Shown: positions 22,501-30,832, counted from the stretch's first letter. The stretch is DNA of 31,552 nucleotides from Candidatus Egerieenecus merdigallinarum (GCA_018711985.1 DVHS01000082.1:1-31552); one strand, 5' to 3'. The notes: generated from the letters alone by a model not told the origin. Program-made: numbers and translations.

Positions 22501-23966
22501 TCGACATCCCCTTCGAGGTGTTCCTGGGCTTTGCCGGGGACAAGGTGCCCGACATCGACCTGAACTTTTCCGGGGAATACCAGTCCAAGGCCCACCACCA
22601 GGTGGTGGAGCTCTTCGGCGAGGGGCACGTGTTCCGGGCCGGCACCGTGGGCACCCTGGCGGACAAGACCGCCTATGGCTATGTGAGCAAGTACCTGGAG
22701 GAGCGGGGCATCCAGTGCGGCAACACGGAAAAGGAGCGCCTGGTGCAGGGCTGCGTGGGTGTCAAGCGAACCACAGGCCAGCACCCCGCGGGCATGGTGG
22801 TGGTGCCCAAGGAATACGAAATCTACCAGTTCACCGCCGTGCAGCATCCCGCCGACGACCTGAACAGCGAGTTCATCACCACCCACTTTGACTTCAACTC
22901 CATGCACGACATCCTGGTGAAGCTGGACTGCCTGGGCCATGATGACCCCACCATGATCCATGAGCTGTGCGGCCTGACGGGCATCGACTTCCGGGACATT
23001 CCCCTGGATGACCCCGCCGTGCGCAGCCTGTTCCACTCCCCGGAGGCCCTGGGCGTTACCCCGGAGCAGATTGACTGCACCACCGGCACCTTCGGCATCC
23101 CCGAGTTTGGCACGGCCTTCGTGCGCGGCATGCTGGACGACACCCAGCCCTCCACCATGGAGGAGCTGATCCGCATCTCCGGCCTGAGCCACGGCACGGA
23201 CGTGTGGCTGGGCAACGCCCAGGATATCATCCGCTCCGGCACCGCCAAGCTGAACGAATGCGTCTGCTGCCGTGACGACATCATGAACTACCTCATCGAC
23301 AAGGGCGTGGAGCCCAAGCTGGCTTTCACCACCATGGAGGCGGTCCGCAAGGGCAAGGGCCTTAAGCCCGAGATGGAGCAGGCCATGCTGGACCATGACG
23401 TGGCCCCCTGGTTCATCGACAGCTGCAAGAAGATCAAGTACATGTTCCCCAAGGGCCACGCCGTGGCCTACGTGACCATGGCCCTGCGCATCGCCTGGTT
23501 CAAGGTGCACTATCCCCTGGCGTACTATGCCTCTTACTTCACCGTGCGCGGGGACGGCTTTGACGCTGCCACCATGCTGGTGGACCCGGAAACCTGCCGG
23601 GCCAAGATCCGCGAAATCAAAAACATGGACAACGCCACCGCCAAGGACAAGGATGCCCAAACGGCCCTCGAGCTTGTGCTGGAGATGAACATGCGGGGCA
23701 TTCGCTTTCTGCCTGTGGACCTGTACAAGAGCGACGCCCGCAAGTTCCTCATCGAGGACGGCGCCATCCGCTGCCCCTTCACCAGCCTGGGCGGTCTGGG
23801 CGAGTCCGCCGCGCTGCCCATTGTGGCGGCCCGGGAGCAGGGGCCCTTCCTCTCTATTGAGGACCTAAAGGAGCGGGGCAAGGTGGGCAACGGCGTCATC
23901 GAGCTGCTGCGCACCCACGGCGCCCTGGAGGGCATGAGCGAAACCAGCCAGCTGTGCATGTTCTAA
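19539..23966 (+). CDS. polC: PolC-type DNA polymerase III alpha subunit (Gram-positive replicative polymerase)
   Basis: A 1475-aa protein. The DnaQ-like exonuclease domain reads IVLDFESTGL...HNANYDASLL. There is a PHP domain. The Zn-finger reads CPHCHKGFFDV...CPLCG. The C-terminal polymerase core is present. GAAGGGAGG lies upstream. Confidence 0.97.
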   Translation: MSYEDLLTKIYNELPQLKGQLHTPHVVYVKPQGKVYITFQSDVLVEEAAFLKMERVLRQVFSQCPLALRVVSPSLAQDFLAHIENYKQVFVDFLKRNYPASISWMDQMDWRCDGERITLTFPDPFSLEFMGRQGVSARLVQAVKDIFGIEVKVELAVAGDQEARLAALREERRKAQEQAYTLAQLQQSAPAEKQPRKEPAEKRERKPAEKRDKPEAEAKPRAPLAPMMTDHALGKPILGRAIAERPVEMKELTSDAGLVTVQGDIFKLETKELKGGELLLLTFAITDYTSSILCKTFLRYRNRFGRKKDDDAPPEPITAEERKAVMDKVEQIKVGMNVKVRGECLYDNFAHELSISVRDVVPMERVEREDTAEEKRVELHMHTNMSTMDALTPAGDLIKRAIKWGHPAVAITDHGVVQSFPAAFNAVKGQNIKLIPGCEGYLIDEAEIVQDPDDRDFDEPIIVLDFESTGLNTNTARVIEIGAVKLVEGTVTDSLSILVNPKQPLKPKITEITGITDMMLADKETAETAIPKLMEFIGDCPIAAHNANYDASLLRAELRRLGRSWQAPVLDTLTFARKLYPEMKSHKLGSVCKHLGVSLKNAHRAVHDATATALCLAKMYKEARERGINTLRGLNEALKGGAIGESFHIILLVKTQKGMENLNRLVSIGHLDYFRRRPHMPRRFIQKYREGLIVGSACEAGELFRAVLAGESWDKLKKIARFYDYLEIQPIGNNAFLVREGQVADDEGLRELNRTIVRLGQELGIPVVATGDVHFLDPHNAVNRAIIQAGLGYEDCDQQPPLYFKTTNEMLEEFAYLGEEKAREVVITNPRKIADQVETLRLFPKHPKGEDTFQPFWPDAADNIQNMSWGTAKDWYGDPLPDLVVKRLEKELGSIIGYGFATLYNIAERLVKRSLDDGYLVGSRGSVGSSFVACMCGITEVNALPPHYRCPHCHKGFFDVDKSKYKVGVDLPDKDCPLCGRPLVKDGFDIPFEVFLGFAGDKVPDIDLNFSGEYQSKAHHQVVELFGEGHVFRAGTVGTLADKTAYGYVSKYLEERGIQCGNTEKERLVQGCVGVKRTTGQHPAGMVVVPKEYEIYQFTAVQHPADDLNSEFITTHFDFNSMHDILVKLDCLGHDDPTMIHELCGLTGIDFRDIPLDDPAVRSLFHSPEALGVTPEQIDCTTGTFGIPEFGTAFVRGMLDDTQPSTMEELIRISGLSHGTDVWLGNAQDIIRSGTAKLNECVCCRDDIMNYLIDKGVEPKLAFTTMEAVRKGKGLKPEMEQAMLDHDVAPWFIDSCKKIKYMFPKGHAVAYVTMALRIAWFKVHYPLAYYASYFTVRGDGFDAATMLVDPETCRAKIREIKNMDNATAKDKDAQTALELVLEMNMRGIRFLPVDLYKSDARKFLIEDGAIRCPFTSLGGLGESAALPIVAAREQGPFLSIEDLKERGKVGNGVIELLRTHGALEGMSETSQLCMF

Positions 23967-24066
23967 GCAAAACAAAAAGGAGGGCGGCTTTACCTTCCCC
24001 TCCTGTGACAGTCAAAAACCCCACGGGAAGAAGAAACTTTCGGCACCTCAGCTTATAAAGGATTCA

Positions 24067-24145
24067 ACAAGCATGGGCCGAAGGTTTCCAAAGGGCGACC
24101 GGAAAGCCCTTTGGTCGCGCCCGCAGGCGCGAAATTCCCTGTGTG
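24067..24145 (+). repeat. Copy A of a roughly 62-78 nt repeated structured intergenic element
   Basis: The core ATGGGCCGAAGGTTTCCAAAGGGCGA(C/T)CGGAAAGCCCTTTGGTCGCGCCCGCAGGCGCGAAA is 61 of 62 nt identical to the copy at 30761-30822. It contains the hairpins CCAAAGGGC/GCCCTTTGG and CGCGCC/GGCGCG. Confidence 0.85.
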
Positions 24146-24200
24146 TGCAGGAACGTATTGCGCAACTTGCAAAAATGATAAGGCAAAAGTCTTTGTCAAC

Positions 24201-24236
24201 GTCGGAAGGGTCGAACCCCCTCCGACTTTTACTTTG
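24201..24236 (+). terminator. + strand terminator-like hairpin plus U-tract downstream of the repeat copy A
   Basis: GTCGGA-a-GGG-tcgaa-CCC-cc-TCCGAC is followed by TTTTACTTT. Confidence 0.5.
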
Positions 24237-24310
24237 CATCAAGTTCGGGCGGTCCGTGGTTGAGCGAACCTGCCTCCTGGGGAAAGAGAGTTTCATTGCT
24301 TCCCATGCTA

Positions 24311-24356
24311 AAACCCCCTGCCTTCTTGAAAAGGCAGGGGGTTGCTTTCTATTTTC
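24311..24356. terminator. Bidirectional intrinsic terminator between the polC region and the BMP lipoprotein gene
   Basis: The perfect 11-bp stem AACCCCCTGCC/GGCAGGGGGTT has an A-run on the 5' side and GCTTTCTATTTT on the 3' side. It lies 20 nt past the BMP stop on the - strand. Confidence 0.7.
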
Positions 24357-24366
24357 GGGAGGGAAC

Positions 24367-25503
24367 TTACTGAATCTCCACGCCCTTGACCACGAACATC
24401 AGCTCGCCCGCGATGAAGGCAGGGGTGATCGGCTCACCGGCCTTGGCGCTGGTGCCCTCAATGTCCGCCACAAAGCAGCTGTTCTCATCGAGAATCTGGT
24501 TGCCTTCGTTGTCGTACAGGGGGCCTTCGAACACGTCGAACTCACCGGAAACAATCTTTTCCCGGGCCGCCTCGATGGCTTCGGCGGTACCCTCGGCGCA
24601 GTTCTTGCTCAGGGGAGAAATGTCCACCAGGCCGTCCGCCATGGTCAGGAAGATTTTCTCGGGCTTCCAGGTGCCGTCGATCACTTCCTGCACTTCCATG
24701 GTGTACACAGCGCCCCAGTTCCACACGGGCGCGGTCAGGTGCGCCTCGGGAGCGTCCACGGTCATGTCCGCGTTATAGCCGCAGCCCCACACGCCGCGCT
24801 CCTGGGCGGCAATCTGGGGATTGGCGGTGTCGCAGTGCTGGGCGATCACGTCGCAGCCCATGTCCAGCAGGGCATCGGCGGTCTGGCGCTCCAGGGTGGC
24901 GTCGTACCAGCTGTTGGTGTACTTCACATAGACCACCGCGTCGGGGTTCACGCTCTGCACGCCCAGGGCAAAGGCGTCAAATCCGCCGATGACCTCGGGG
25001 GTCTGCATGGCGGCCACGTAGCCGATCTTGTTGGTCTGGGTCTTCATGCCCGCGGCGATACCGGACAGGTAACGGGCCTGATAGATGGCGCCGAAGTAGT
25101 TGTTGAAGTTCACGTCATTGCTCATGTAGCCGGAGCAATGGGAGAAAATGACCTCGGGATATTCCTCGGCCATTTCCGCCATGTAATTCATGTAGCCGTA
25201 GGAGTTGCCGAAGACGATCTGGCAGCCGGCCTCGATGAGCTCCAGCATGGCGGCGTCACAGGCGCTGTCCTCGGGCACGTTGGTCTTGATGATGATCTGG
25301 TCATCGGTCAGGCCCAGGGCTTCCTGCATGGCCAGCAGTCCCTGATAATGGGCGTAGGTGTAACCCTTGTCGCTCACGTCACCGATGAAGATGAAGCCAA
25401 CCTTGACGTCTTCCTTGGCCACGGGAGCAAACTCCGCGCTGGCCGCGCCGACCATCCCCAGGGTCAGCATGAGGCAGAGAACCCAAGCGAGCACCTTTTT
25501 CAT
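24367..25503 (-). CDS. BMP-family (PnrA/Med-like) ABC-transporter substrate-binding lipoprotein, probably nucleoside-binding
   Basis: The N-terminus is a signal peptide (MKKVLAWVLCLMLTLGMVGAASA). VKVGFIFIGDVSDKGYTYAHYQG is the BMP family signature. GGAGGAG lies 8 nt upstream of the ATG at 25503. I saw no ABC permease or ATPase genes next to it. Confidence 0.85.
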   Translation of the reverse strand: MKKVLAWVLCLMLTLGMVGAASAEFAPVAKEDVKVGFIFIGDVSDKGYTYAHYQGLLAMQEALGLTDDQIIIKTNVPEDSACDAAMLELIEAGCQIVFGNSYGYMNYMAEMAEEYPEVIFSHCSGYMSNDVNFNNYFGAIYQARYLSGIAAGMKTQTNKIGYVAAMQTPEVIGGFDAFALGVQSVNPDAVVYVKYTNSWYDATLERQTADALLDMGCDVIAQHCDTANPQIAAQERGVWGCGYNADMTVDAPEAHLTAPVWNWGAVYTMEVQEVIDGTWKPEKIFLTMADGLVDISPLSKNCAEGTAEAIEAAREKIVSGEFDVFEGPLYDNEGNQILDENSCFVADIEGTSAKAGEPITPAFIAGELMFVVKGVEIQ

Positions 25504-25553
25504 GTTTCTTTCTCCTCCGCTTTCGTTCCGCAGGTGTAAATAATATCTCCCAA

Positions 25554-26132
25554 TCAATCGTCCCGCAGGCGGATGTTTCCATCCTCGATGGCGTCCACGA
25601 TTGCTAAGGACACAACCTTCACGCCTTCCTCCCGGAGCTTTTTGCCCCCGGGCTGAAAGCCCTTCTCCACGCAGACACCGGCGCCTACCAGCTCGCAGCC
25701 CGCCTGGCGCAGAATGTCCCGCAGCCCTTCAATGGCCTCGCCATTGGCCAGAAAGTCATCAATAATCAGCACCCGCATGCCCTTTTGCAGATATTGGCGG
25801 CTCACCCGCACGGTGTTCATCTGCTGATGGGTGAAGGAGTATACCTGGGCGGTGTATACATCCGGGCCCACGTTCCGGTGATCGCCTTTTTTGGCAAAGA
25901 CCACGGGAATGCCCCCGAAGGCCTGCGCCGTGGTGATGGCCACCGCAATGCCGCTGGCCTCCACCGTGAGGATGCAGTCCACCTGCTCCCCCTGAAAGGC
26001 CTGATAAAATGCCTGACCCATTTTTGTGCACAGGGCCACGTCGATGCGGTGATTCAGAAAGCTATCCACCTTCACAATGTCGGAACCGATCCCCAGGCCT
26101 TCCCGGCGTATGGCTTCCTTCAGTGCCTCCAT
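25554..26132 (-). CDS. xpt: Xanthine phosphoribosyltransferase
   Basis: A 192-aa protein. VLIIDDFLANGEA is the PRPP-binding motif. The N-terminal MEALKEAIRREG...VDSFLNHRID is typical of Xpt. Confidence 0.9.
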   Translation of the reverse strand: MEALKEAIRREGLGIGSDIVKVDSFLNHRIDVALCTKMGQAFYQAFQGEQVDCILTVEASGIAVAITTAQAFGGIPVVFAKKGDHRNVGPDVYTAQVYSFTHQQMNTVRVSRQYLQKGMRVLIIDDFLANGEAIEGLRDILRQAGCELVGAGVCVEKGFQPGGKKLREEGVKVVSLAIVDAIEDGNIRLRDD

Positions 26133-26270
26133 GCCTTCACCTCAAAAATACGAACATTCACAGGGAATACGGCCATATTGTACTGCATTTTTTCGAACTG
26201 CGCAAGGGCTTTTTCAACGTTTTTTCGGGGAAAATGGAAAATCCTGCCGATTTTTTCACGAAGGTATGCC

Positions 26271-27683
26271 TTAGCCCCGGCGGTGGCGGTTCACCCGCTG
26301 CACGGGCTTGGCCAGGGTGCTGCGGCCCTGGGGACGCGGCGCCGGCGCTCCGCCCTGCTTGGGTGCGGCGGGATGCATGCGGCCATCCTTGCCAATGGTA
26401 ATGGGCTGTCCGCCATGGGGCGCCTTGGCCTTGGAAGGCATTCTGGGGGAAACCTGGGGACGGGCGGGCTTGGCGGGCAGGGCGTTGCCCTGACGGTCCA
26501 CCTTGGCGGGACGGGGCGCACGGGGCTTGGGCTCGGAAGGGGTGGTGACCTCCATGGGCCAGGGGCTTTCCTTCACGGGCAAGCGGCGGCGAATGAGCTT
26601 TTCGATTTGCCCCAGCTGCTTGATCTCGTCAATGCAGCAGAAGCTGATGGCCTTGCCCGTGTGGCCCGCCCGGCCGGTGCGGCCAATGCGGTGCACGTAA
26701 GCCTCGGGCTCGTTGGGCAGGTCGTAGTTGACGACGTGGCTCAGCCCGGCAATGTCGATGCCCCGGGCGGCAATGTCCGTGGCCACCAGCACCTTGCTCT
26801 CGCCGCGCTTGAAGCTGTCCAGGGCGGCTTGCCGGGCGTTTTGGCTTTTGTCCCCGTGAATGGCGGCGGCAGGGATGCCCGCCCGGTCCAGGTCCCGGAC
26901 GATGCGGTCCGCCCCGTGCCGGGTGCGGGAGAACACCAGGGCGTTTTCCACCTCCGGCTCCCGGAGCAGCTGGGCCAGCAGGTGCTTCTTATTGGCCTTG
27001 TCCACGTAGTACAGGGTCTGCTCAATGGCCTCCACCGGGGAGGAAACCGGGTCCACCTTCACCGTTTCCGGGGCGTGGAGCAGCTGCATGGCCAGGGTCT
27101 CCACCTCGGGGGGCATGGTGGCGGAGAACAGCAGGGTTTGATGCCTGGGGGGCAGCTTGGCCGCAATGCGCCGCACATCGTGGATGAACCCCATGTCCAG
27201 CATGCGGTCCGCCTCGTCCAGGACAAAGGTCTCCACATAGTCCAGGCGTACATACCCCTGGTTCATCAGGTCCATGAGCCGTCCGGGGCAGGCCACCACA
27301 ATGTCCGCCCCCCGATGCAGGGCCTCCACCTGGGCGTTTTGGTTTACGCCGCCGAAAAGCACGCAGGAGAACAGGGCCAGCTGCTTGCCATAGGCCACAA
27401 AGTTGTCCTGAATCTGCTGGGCCAGCTCCCGGGTGGGGGTGAGAATCAGCGCGCGGATGGGCCTGGGCGCGCCGGGCCGCACCGGGCGGCGGGAAAGGTT
27501 TTGCAAAATGGGCAGGGCAAAGGCCGCGGTTTTGCCCGTGCCCGTTTGGGCACAGCCCAGCACATCCTTACCGGCAAGCACCAGGGGAATGGTGGCCGCC
27601 TGGATGGGCGTGGGGGAGGCATAACCGCTCTTGGTCACGGCCTGCAACAGTTGAGGCATTAGGTGCAAGGATGCAAACGTCAT
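26271..27683 (-). CDS. DEAD-box ATP-dependent RNA helicase (CshA/RhlE-like) with a basic RG-rich C-terminal tail
   Basis: I set the start at MTFASLHL (27683). The motifs are the Q-motif (YASPTPIQ), motif [13 protein letters not shown] ([13 protein letters not shown]), SAT and [10 protein letters not shown]. The C-terminus is Arg-rich. Confidence 0.9.
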   Translation of the reverse strand: MTFASLHLMPQLLQAVTKSGYASPTPIQAATIPLVLAGKDVLGCAQTGTGKTAAFALPILQNLSRRPVRPGAPRPIRALILTPTRELAQQIQDNFVAYGKQLALFSCVLFGGVNQNAQVEALHRGADIVVACPGRLMDLMNQGYVRLDYVETFVLDEADRMLDMGFIHDVRRIAAKLPPRHQTLLFSATMPPEVETLAMQLLHAPETVKVDPVSSPVEAIEQTLYYVDKANKKHLLAQLLREPEVENALVFSRTRHGADRIVRDLDRAGIPAAAIHGDKSQNARQAALDSFKRGESKVLVATDIAARGIDIAGLSHVVNYDLPNEPEAYVHRIGRTGRAGHTGKAISFCCIDEIKQLGQIEKLIRRRLPVKESPWPMEVTTPSEPKPRAPRPAKVDRQGNALPAKPARPQVSPRMPSKAKAPHGGQPITIGKDGRMHPAAPKQGGAPAPRPQGRSTLAKPVQRVNRHRRG

Positions 27684-27732
27684 GTTTCTGTTTCCTATTC
27701 TGAAGTTTTGCGCCCGTGGGCGCCAAGCATTG

Positions 27733-27761
27733 ATTGTACCACATTCTCCGCCGTCCCACAA
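27733..27761 (-). promoter_or_regulatory. Promoter of the DEAD-box helicase gene (extended -10)
   Basis: On the - strand: TTGTGG, a 17-nt spacer, then TGgTACAAT. It lies about 45 nt upstream of the ATG. The 5'UTR contains a GCGCCC/GGGCGC hairpin. Confidence 0.45.
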
Positions 27762-27766
27762 GCGCC

Positions 27767-27816
27767 GGGGAGAAGTTGCGCACCGGCGCGCGGGGAGAAG
27801 TTGCGCACCGGCGCGC
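27767..27816. repeat. Perfect tandem duplication of the 25-bp unit GGGGAGAAGTTGCGCACCGGCGCGC (two copies)
   Basis: Read directly from the sequence (27767-27791 and 27792-27816). Each unit contains the short palindrome GCGCCGG/CCGGCGC. The pair sits at about -41 to -90 relative to the helicase promoter. Confidence 0.9.
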
Positions 27817-28028
27817 TGCAAGCAAGGGGGATGGGGAACCAAAGGCGCCCCCGCCGCTTTTCCCCAGGACGGAGCCCGCCCCTGCCGCGCATTTGCCTGG
27901 ACAGGCTTTTCCGCGTATGCATTCCACCTCCCAGGGGATGGACGGGCCCCCATGTGACCAAACGCTTCCCCGCGGCATAGCCTGAACTGTGCACCTGCAT
28001 CAACGCGGAAAAGCGAGGCGATTCCTTT

Positions 28029-28820
28029 ATGAATTTTACTTCCCTGGGCACGTGCGTGCTATACGCCGGGCTGGCGGGACTTTTTACATGGGGGGTTACG
28101 GCCCTGGGGGCGGCGATGGTGCTGCTTACCCGCCGTTTTTCTTCCCGGGGCTTGGATTGCATGCTGGGGTTTGGCGCGGGGGTCATGCTGGCCTCCTCCT
28201 TTTGGTCGCTGCTGCTGCCGGGCCTGAACCAGGCGGAGGCGCTGGCCATGAACGGCTGGCTCACCGCGGCCCTGGGCCTGCTCTGCGGCGCGGCGACGGT
28301 GGACCTGGGCGGGCGGCTGTGCCACCGCCTGAATCTTGCCCGGCACAACAGCAGCTCGGTCAGGCGGTGTCAGCTGCTCATTGGGGCCATCACCCTGCAC
28401 AATATCCCCGAGGGCATGGCTGTGGGCGTTGCCTTTGGCGCTCTGGCCGGGGGCGGCGGCATGGCGGCCCTGAGTGGGGCGTGCATGCTGGCCCTGGGCA
28501 TTGGGCTGCAAAACTTTCCTGAAGGGGCGGCGGTTTCCCTGCCCCTGCGCCGGGAGGGCATGAGCCGCGGCCGCGCCTTTTTCTTCGGCCAGCTCAGCGG
28601 CTTTGTGGAGCCACTGAGCGCCGTGCTGGGCGCGCTGCTGGCGGCCACGCTGCGCCAGGCGCTGCCCTTTCTGCTCTGCTTTGCGGCGGGGGCCATGCTC
28701 TGGGTCATTCTCACGGAAATGGTGCCCGAGAGCCAGGCATCCTCGGCCCGGGTCCCCGCGGCGTGGTGGACCATCCTGGGCTTTTGCCTGATGACCATTC
28801 TGGACGTGGCCCTGGGGTAA
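28029..28820 (+). CDS. ZIP-family (ZupT-like) divalent metal transporter
   Basis: A 263-aa polytopic membrane protein. [10 protein letters not shown] and [10 protein letters not shown] are the ZIP signature motifs. Confidence 0.85.
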   Translation: MNFTSLGTCVLYAGLAGLFTWGVTALGAAMVLLTRRFSSRGLDCMLGFGAGVMLASSFWSLLLPGLNQAEALAMNGWLTAALGLLCGAATVDLGGRLCHRLNLARHNSSSVRRCQLLIGAITLHNIPEGMAVGVAFGALAGGGGMAALSGACMLALGIGLQNFPEGAAVSLPLRREGMSRGRAFFFGQLSGFVEPLSAVLGALLAATLRQALPFLLCFAAGAMLWVILTEMVPESQASSARVPAAWWTILGFCLMTILDVALG

Positions 28821-28830
28821 GGCAGATGCT

Positions 28831-28872
28831 CCCGGAGCGGCACCGGGCCGCTTCGGGAATTTTGTATATTTC
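28831..28872 (+). terminator. Intrinsic terminator after the ZIP transporter gene
   Basis: UCCCGGAGCGG-caccggg-CCGCUUCGGGA forms an 11-bp stem with one G-U pair. It is followed by ATTTTGTATATTT. Confidence 0.7.
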
Positions 28873-29035
28873 AATCATCAATTTTTCATATTTGGGCTGA
28901 AAAAAGCGGGATTTTACAAGAAACTGCTGACAATTTCCGAAAATTGTGATACGCTGTCAGCGGAACATCAGCGGGGAGGCGCCCCGCAGGAAAATCCGCT
29001 TGCATGGCGCAGGTATATTTATGGGAGGTGGAGAC

Positions 29036-30622
29036 ATGTTTTTCTGGGAGGATTGGTATACCTATGCAATTGTGGGCGTGGTGGCGCTGATTGTACTCAT
29101 TGCCTTCTTCCGCAATTATGTGAAGGTACCCCCCAACGTGGCGCTGATCGTCTCCGGACGGCGGCACAAGTACAAGGTGAAGGACGAATCGGGCCGGGAC
29201 GTGGTCAAGGTATTCGGCTACCGCATCGTCCGCGGCGGGGCGACGTTCATCATTCCCTTCTTTGAGCGGGTGGACAAGCTGAACCTGGGCATCATGCAGG
29301 TGGACATCAAGACCACCCAGCCCGTGCCCAGCCAGGAGTACATCGGCATGATGGTGGACGGCGTGGCCAATATCAAAATCGGCAGCGACGACGTATCCGT
29401 GGCCACGGCGGCGGAGCAGTTCCTGGGCTGGAAGCAGGCGGACATCGCCGCGGTGGCCATGCAGGTGCTGGAAGGCAACATGCGTGAGATCATCGGCCGG
29501 ATGACCATCTCCGACCTGGTGCAGAACCGGGACAAGTTTGCCCAGGAAACCCAGCGGGCCGCCACCGCCGACATGAAGAACATGGGCCTGGAGATCGTCA
29601 ACCTGACCATCCAGAATTTCTCGGATAACGACGGCGTGCTGGACACCCTGGCGGTGCGCAACATTGCCGAAAAGAAGCGGGACGCGGACATCGCCCGGGC
29701 TGAGGCCGAGCGCGACACCCTGATCCGCCAGTCCATCGCCGACCAGGAGGGCAACAAGGCCCGTGCTGAGGCCGATGCCCACATCGCCGAGCAGGACAAG
29801 GAGCTGGAGCTGCGCCGGGCCGAGTACCGCGCCGCCCAGGACCGTGCCAAGGCGGAAGCCGACCTGGCCTACAAGGTGCAGCAGGAAAGCAGCCGCAAGG
29901 CCCTGGAAACCGAGCGCGCCGCCGCGGAGATGATCCGCCTGCAAAAGGAAACCGAGCTGCAGGCCCAACAGGTGCAGATTGAGCGCGAGCGCCTGTCCGT
30001 GGAGGTCCGCGAAAAGGCGGAAGCCGAGCGCGACGCCAAGATCGCCGAAGCCGAAGCCGAAAAGCAGGTGATCCAGGCCCGGGCCGACGCCGAGCTGTAC
30101 AAGCAGGAGCGGGAAGCCCAGGCACAGCTGGTCATGACCGAAAAGGAAGCCGAAGCCATTCGCCTGCGGGGCCAGGCGGAAGCGGACGCCGCCTTCATCC
30201 GCGCCCAGAAGGAAGCCGAGGCCATCCGCCTCAAGGGCGAAGCTGAGGCCGAAGCCCTGCTCAAGCGCGCCGAGGCCATGAAGCAATACGGCCAGGCCGC
30301 CATGCTGGATATGCTCATTGAAAAGCTGCCTGAAATGGCCCGTGCGGTCTCCGAGCCCTTGAGCAAGACGGAGAAGATCATCCTCTTTGGGGAAGGCGCG
30401 GCATCTTCAATGGTACGGGATACCACCGGCACCATGATGCAAACCTTCGAGGCCATGAAGTCCGCCGTGGGCGTGGATATTCCCAAAATGCTGCGGGACG
30501 TGACCACCGGCGGCATCATTGGCAAGGCAGCCGCGGAAAACGCGGCGGATGCACCTGCGCCGGAGGCGCCCCAAGCGCCTGCTGCTTCACCGGACGCTGC
30601 ACCAGACGTTCCCCAGGCATAA
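29036..30622 (+). CDS. Flotillin-like SPFH/band-7 protein (FloT/YqiK type) with a long EA-rich coiled coil
   Basis: GGGAGG lies 7 nt upstream of the ATG at 29036. An N-terminal TM helix is followed by the SPFH domain (IIPFFERVDKLNLGIMQVDIKT...). About 200 aa of AEAEA/KEAEA-rich coiled coil follow. The C-terminal tail is Pro/Ala-rich. Confidence 0.9.
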   Translation: MFFWEDWYTYAIVGVVALIVLIAFFRNYVKVPPNVALIVSGRRHKYKVKDESGRDVVKVFGYRIVRGGATFIIPFFERVDKLNLGIMQVDIKTTQPVPSQEYIGMMVDGVANIKIGSDDVSVATAAEQFLGWKQADIAAVAMQVLEGNMREIIGRMTISDLVQNRDKFAQETQRAATADMKNMGLEIVNLTIQNFSDNDGVLDTLAVRNIAEKKRDADIARAEAERDTLIRQSIADQEGNKARAEADAHIAEQDKELELRRAEYRAAQDRAKAEADLAYKVQQESSRKALETERAAAEMIRLQKETELQAQQVQIERERLSVEVREKAEAERDAKIAEAEAEKQVIQARADAELYKQEREAQAQLVMTEKEAEAIRLRGQAEADAAFIRAQKEAEAIRLKGEAEAEALLKRAEAMKQYGQAAMLDMLIEKLPEMARAVSEPLSKTEKIILFGEGAASSMVRDTTGTMMQTFEAMKSAVGVDIPKMLRDVTTGGIIGKAAAENAADAPAPEAPQAPAASPDAAPDVPQA

Positions 30623-30638
30623 CCCAGGCAATCATCAA

Positions 30639-30674
30639 GGGGGCAACCGCCTTTGGGAAAGGGCGGTTGCCCCC
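30639..30674. other. Perfect 13-bp-stem hairpin (GGGGGCAACCGCC/GGCGGTTGCCCCC) after the flotillin gene, with no clear U-tract
   Basis: Read directly from the sequence. It shares the core CAACCGCC...GGCGGTTG with the hairpin at 30873-30906. Confidence 0.6.
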
Positions 30675-30754
30675 TTCTGCGTGTCGAAAAAGTCATGCTT
30701 TTTCATAACTGATTATAAAGAAACTTTCCCCCTCCCTGACTTGCAGGGATTGCG

Positions 30755-30832
30755 TCAAGTATGGGCCGAAGGTTTCCAAAGGGCGATCGGAAAGCCCTTT
30801 GGTCGCGCCCGCAGGCGCGAAACTTCCTGCGC
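30755..30832 (+). repeat. Copy B of the repeated structured intergenic element
   Basis: It is almost identical to 24073-24134. The single core difference (C to T) falls in the loop of hairpin 1. The flanking sequence diverges. Confidence 0.85.

Noticed and set aside
19554-23660. 1368-aa ORF on the - strand
   Set aside because: It is an antisense shadow spanning almost all of polC. polC has unmistakable exonuclease, PHP and Zn-finger motifs in the + frame.
24201-24226. tRNA-like T-arm (GGGGG-TTCGACC-CTTCC on the - strand)
   Set aside because: It has a T-loop-like TTCGA. There is no matching acceptor stem, no CCA and no D or anticodon arms in the flanks. I interpret it as the hairpin of a + strand terminator.
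24048-24296. Small ORFs through the repeat element (82 aa on the - strand and 80 aa on the + strand at 30761)
   Set aside because: They have no RBS. They lie wholly within a structured repeat, so their identity between copies is explained by DNA repetition.
26133-26270. Expected guanine/purine riboswitch upstream of xpt
   Set aside because: I read the - strand leader. The conserved aptamer motifs (UUUCUACC / CCGUAAAU-type junction sequences) are absent, and the space is too short. Only a modest promoter is present.
25785-27662. 625-aa ORF on the + strand
   Set aside because: It is antisense to xpt and the DEAD-box helicase, and is G/R/H-rich low complexity.
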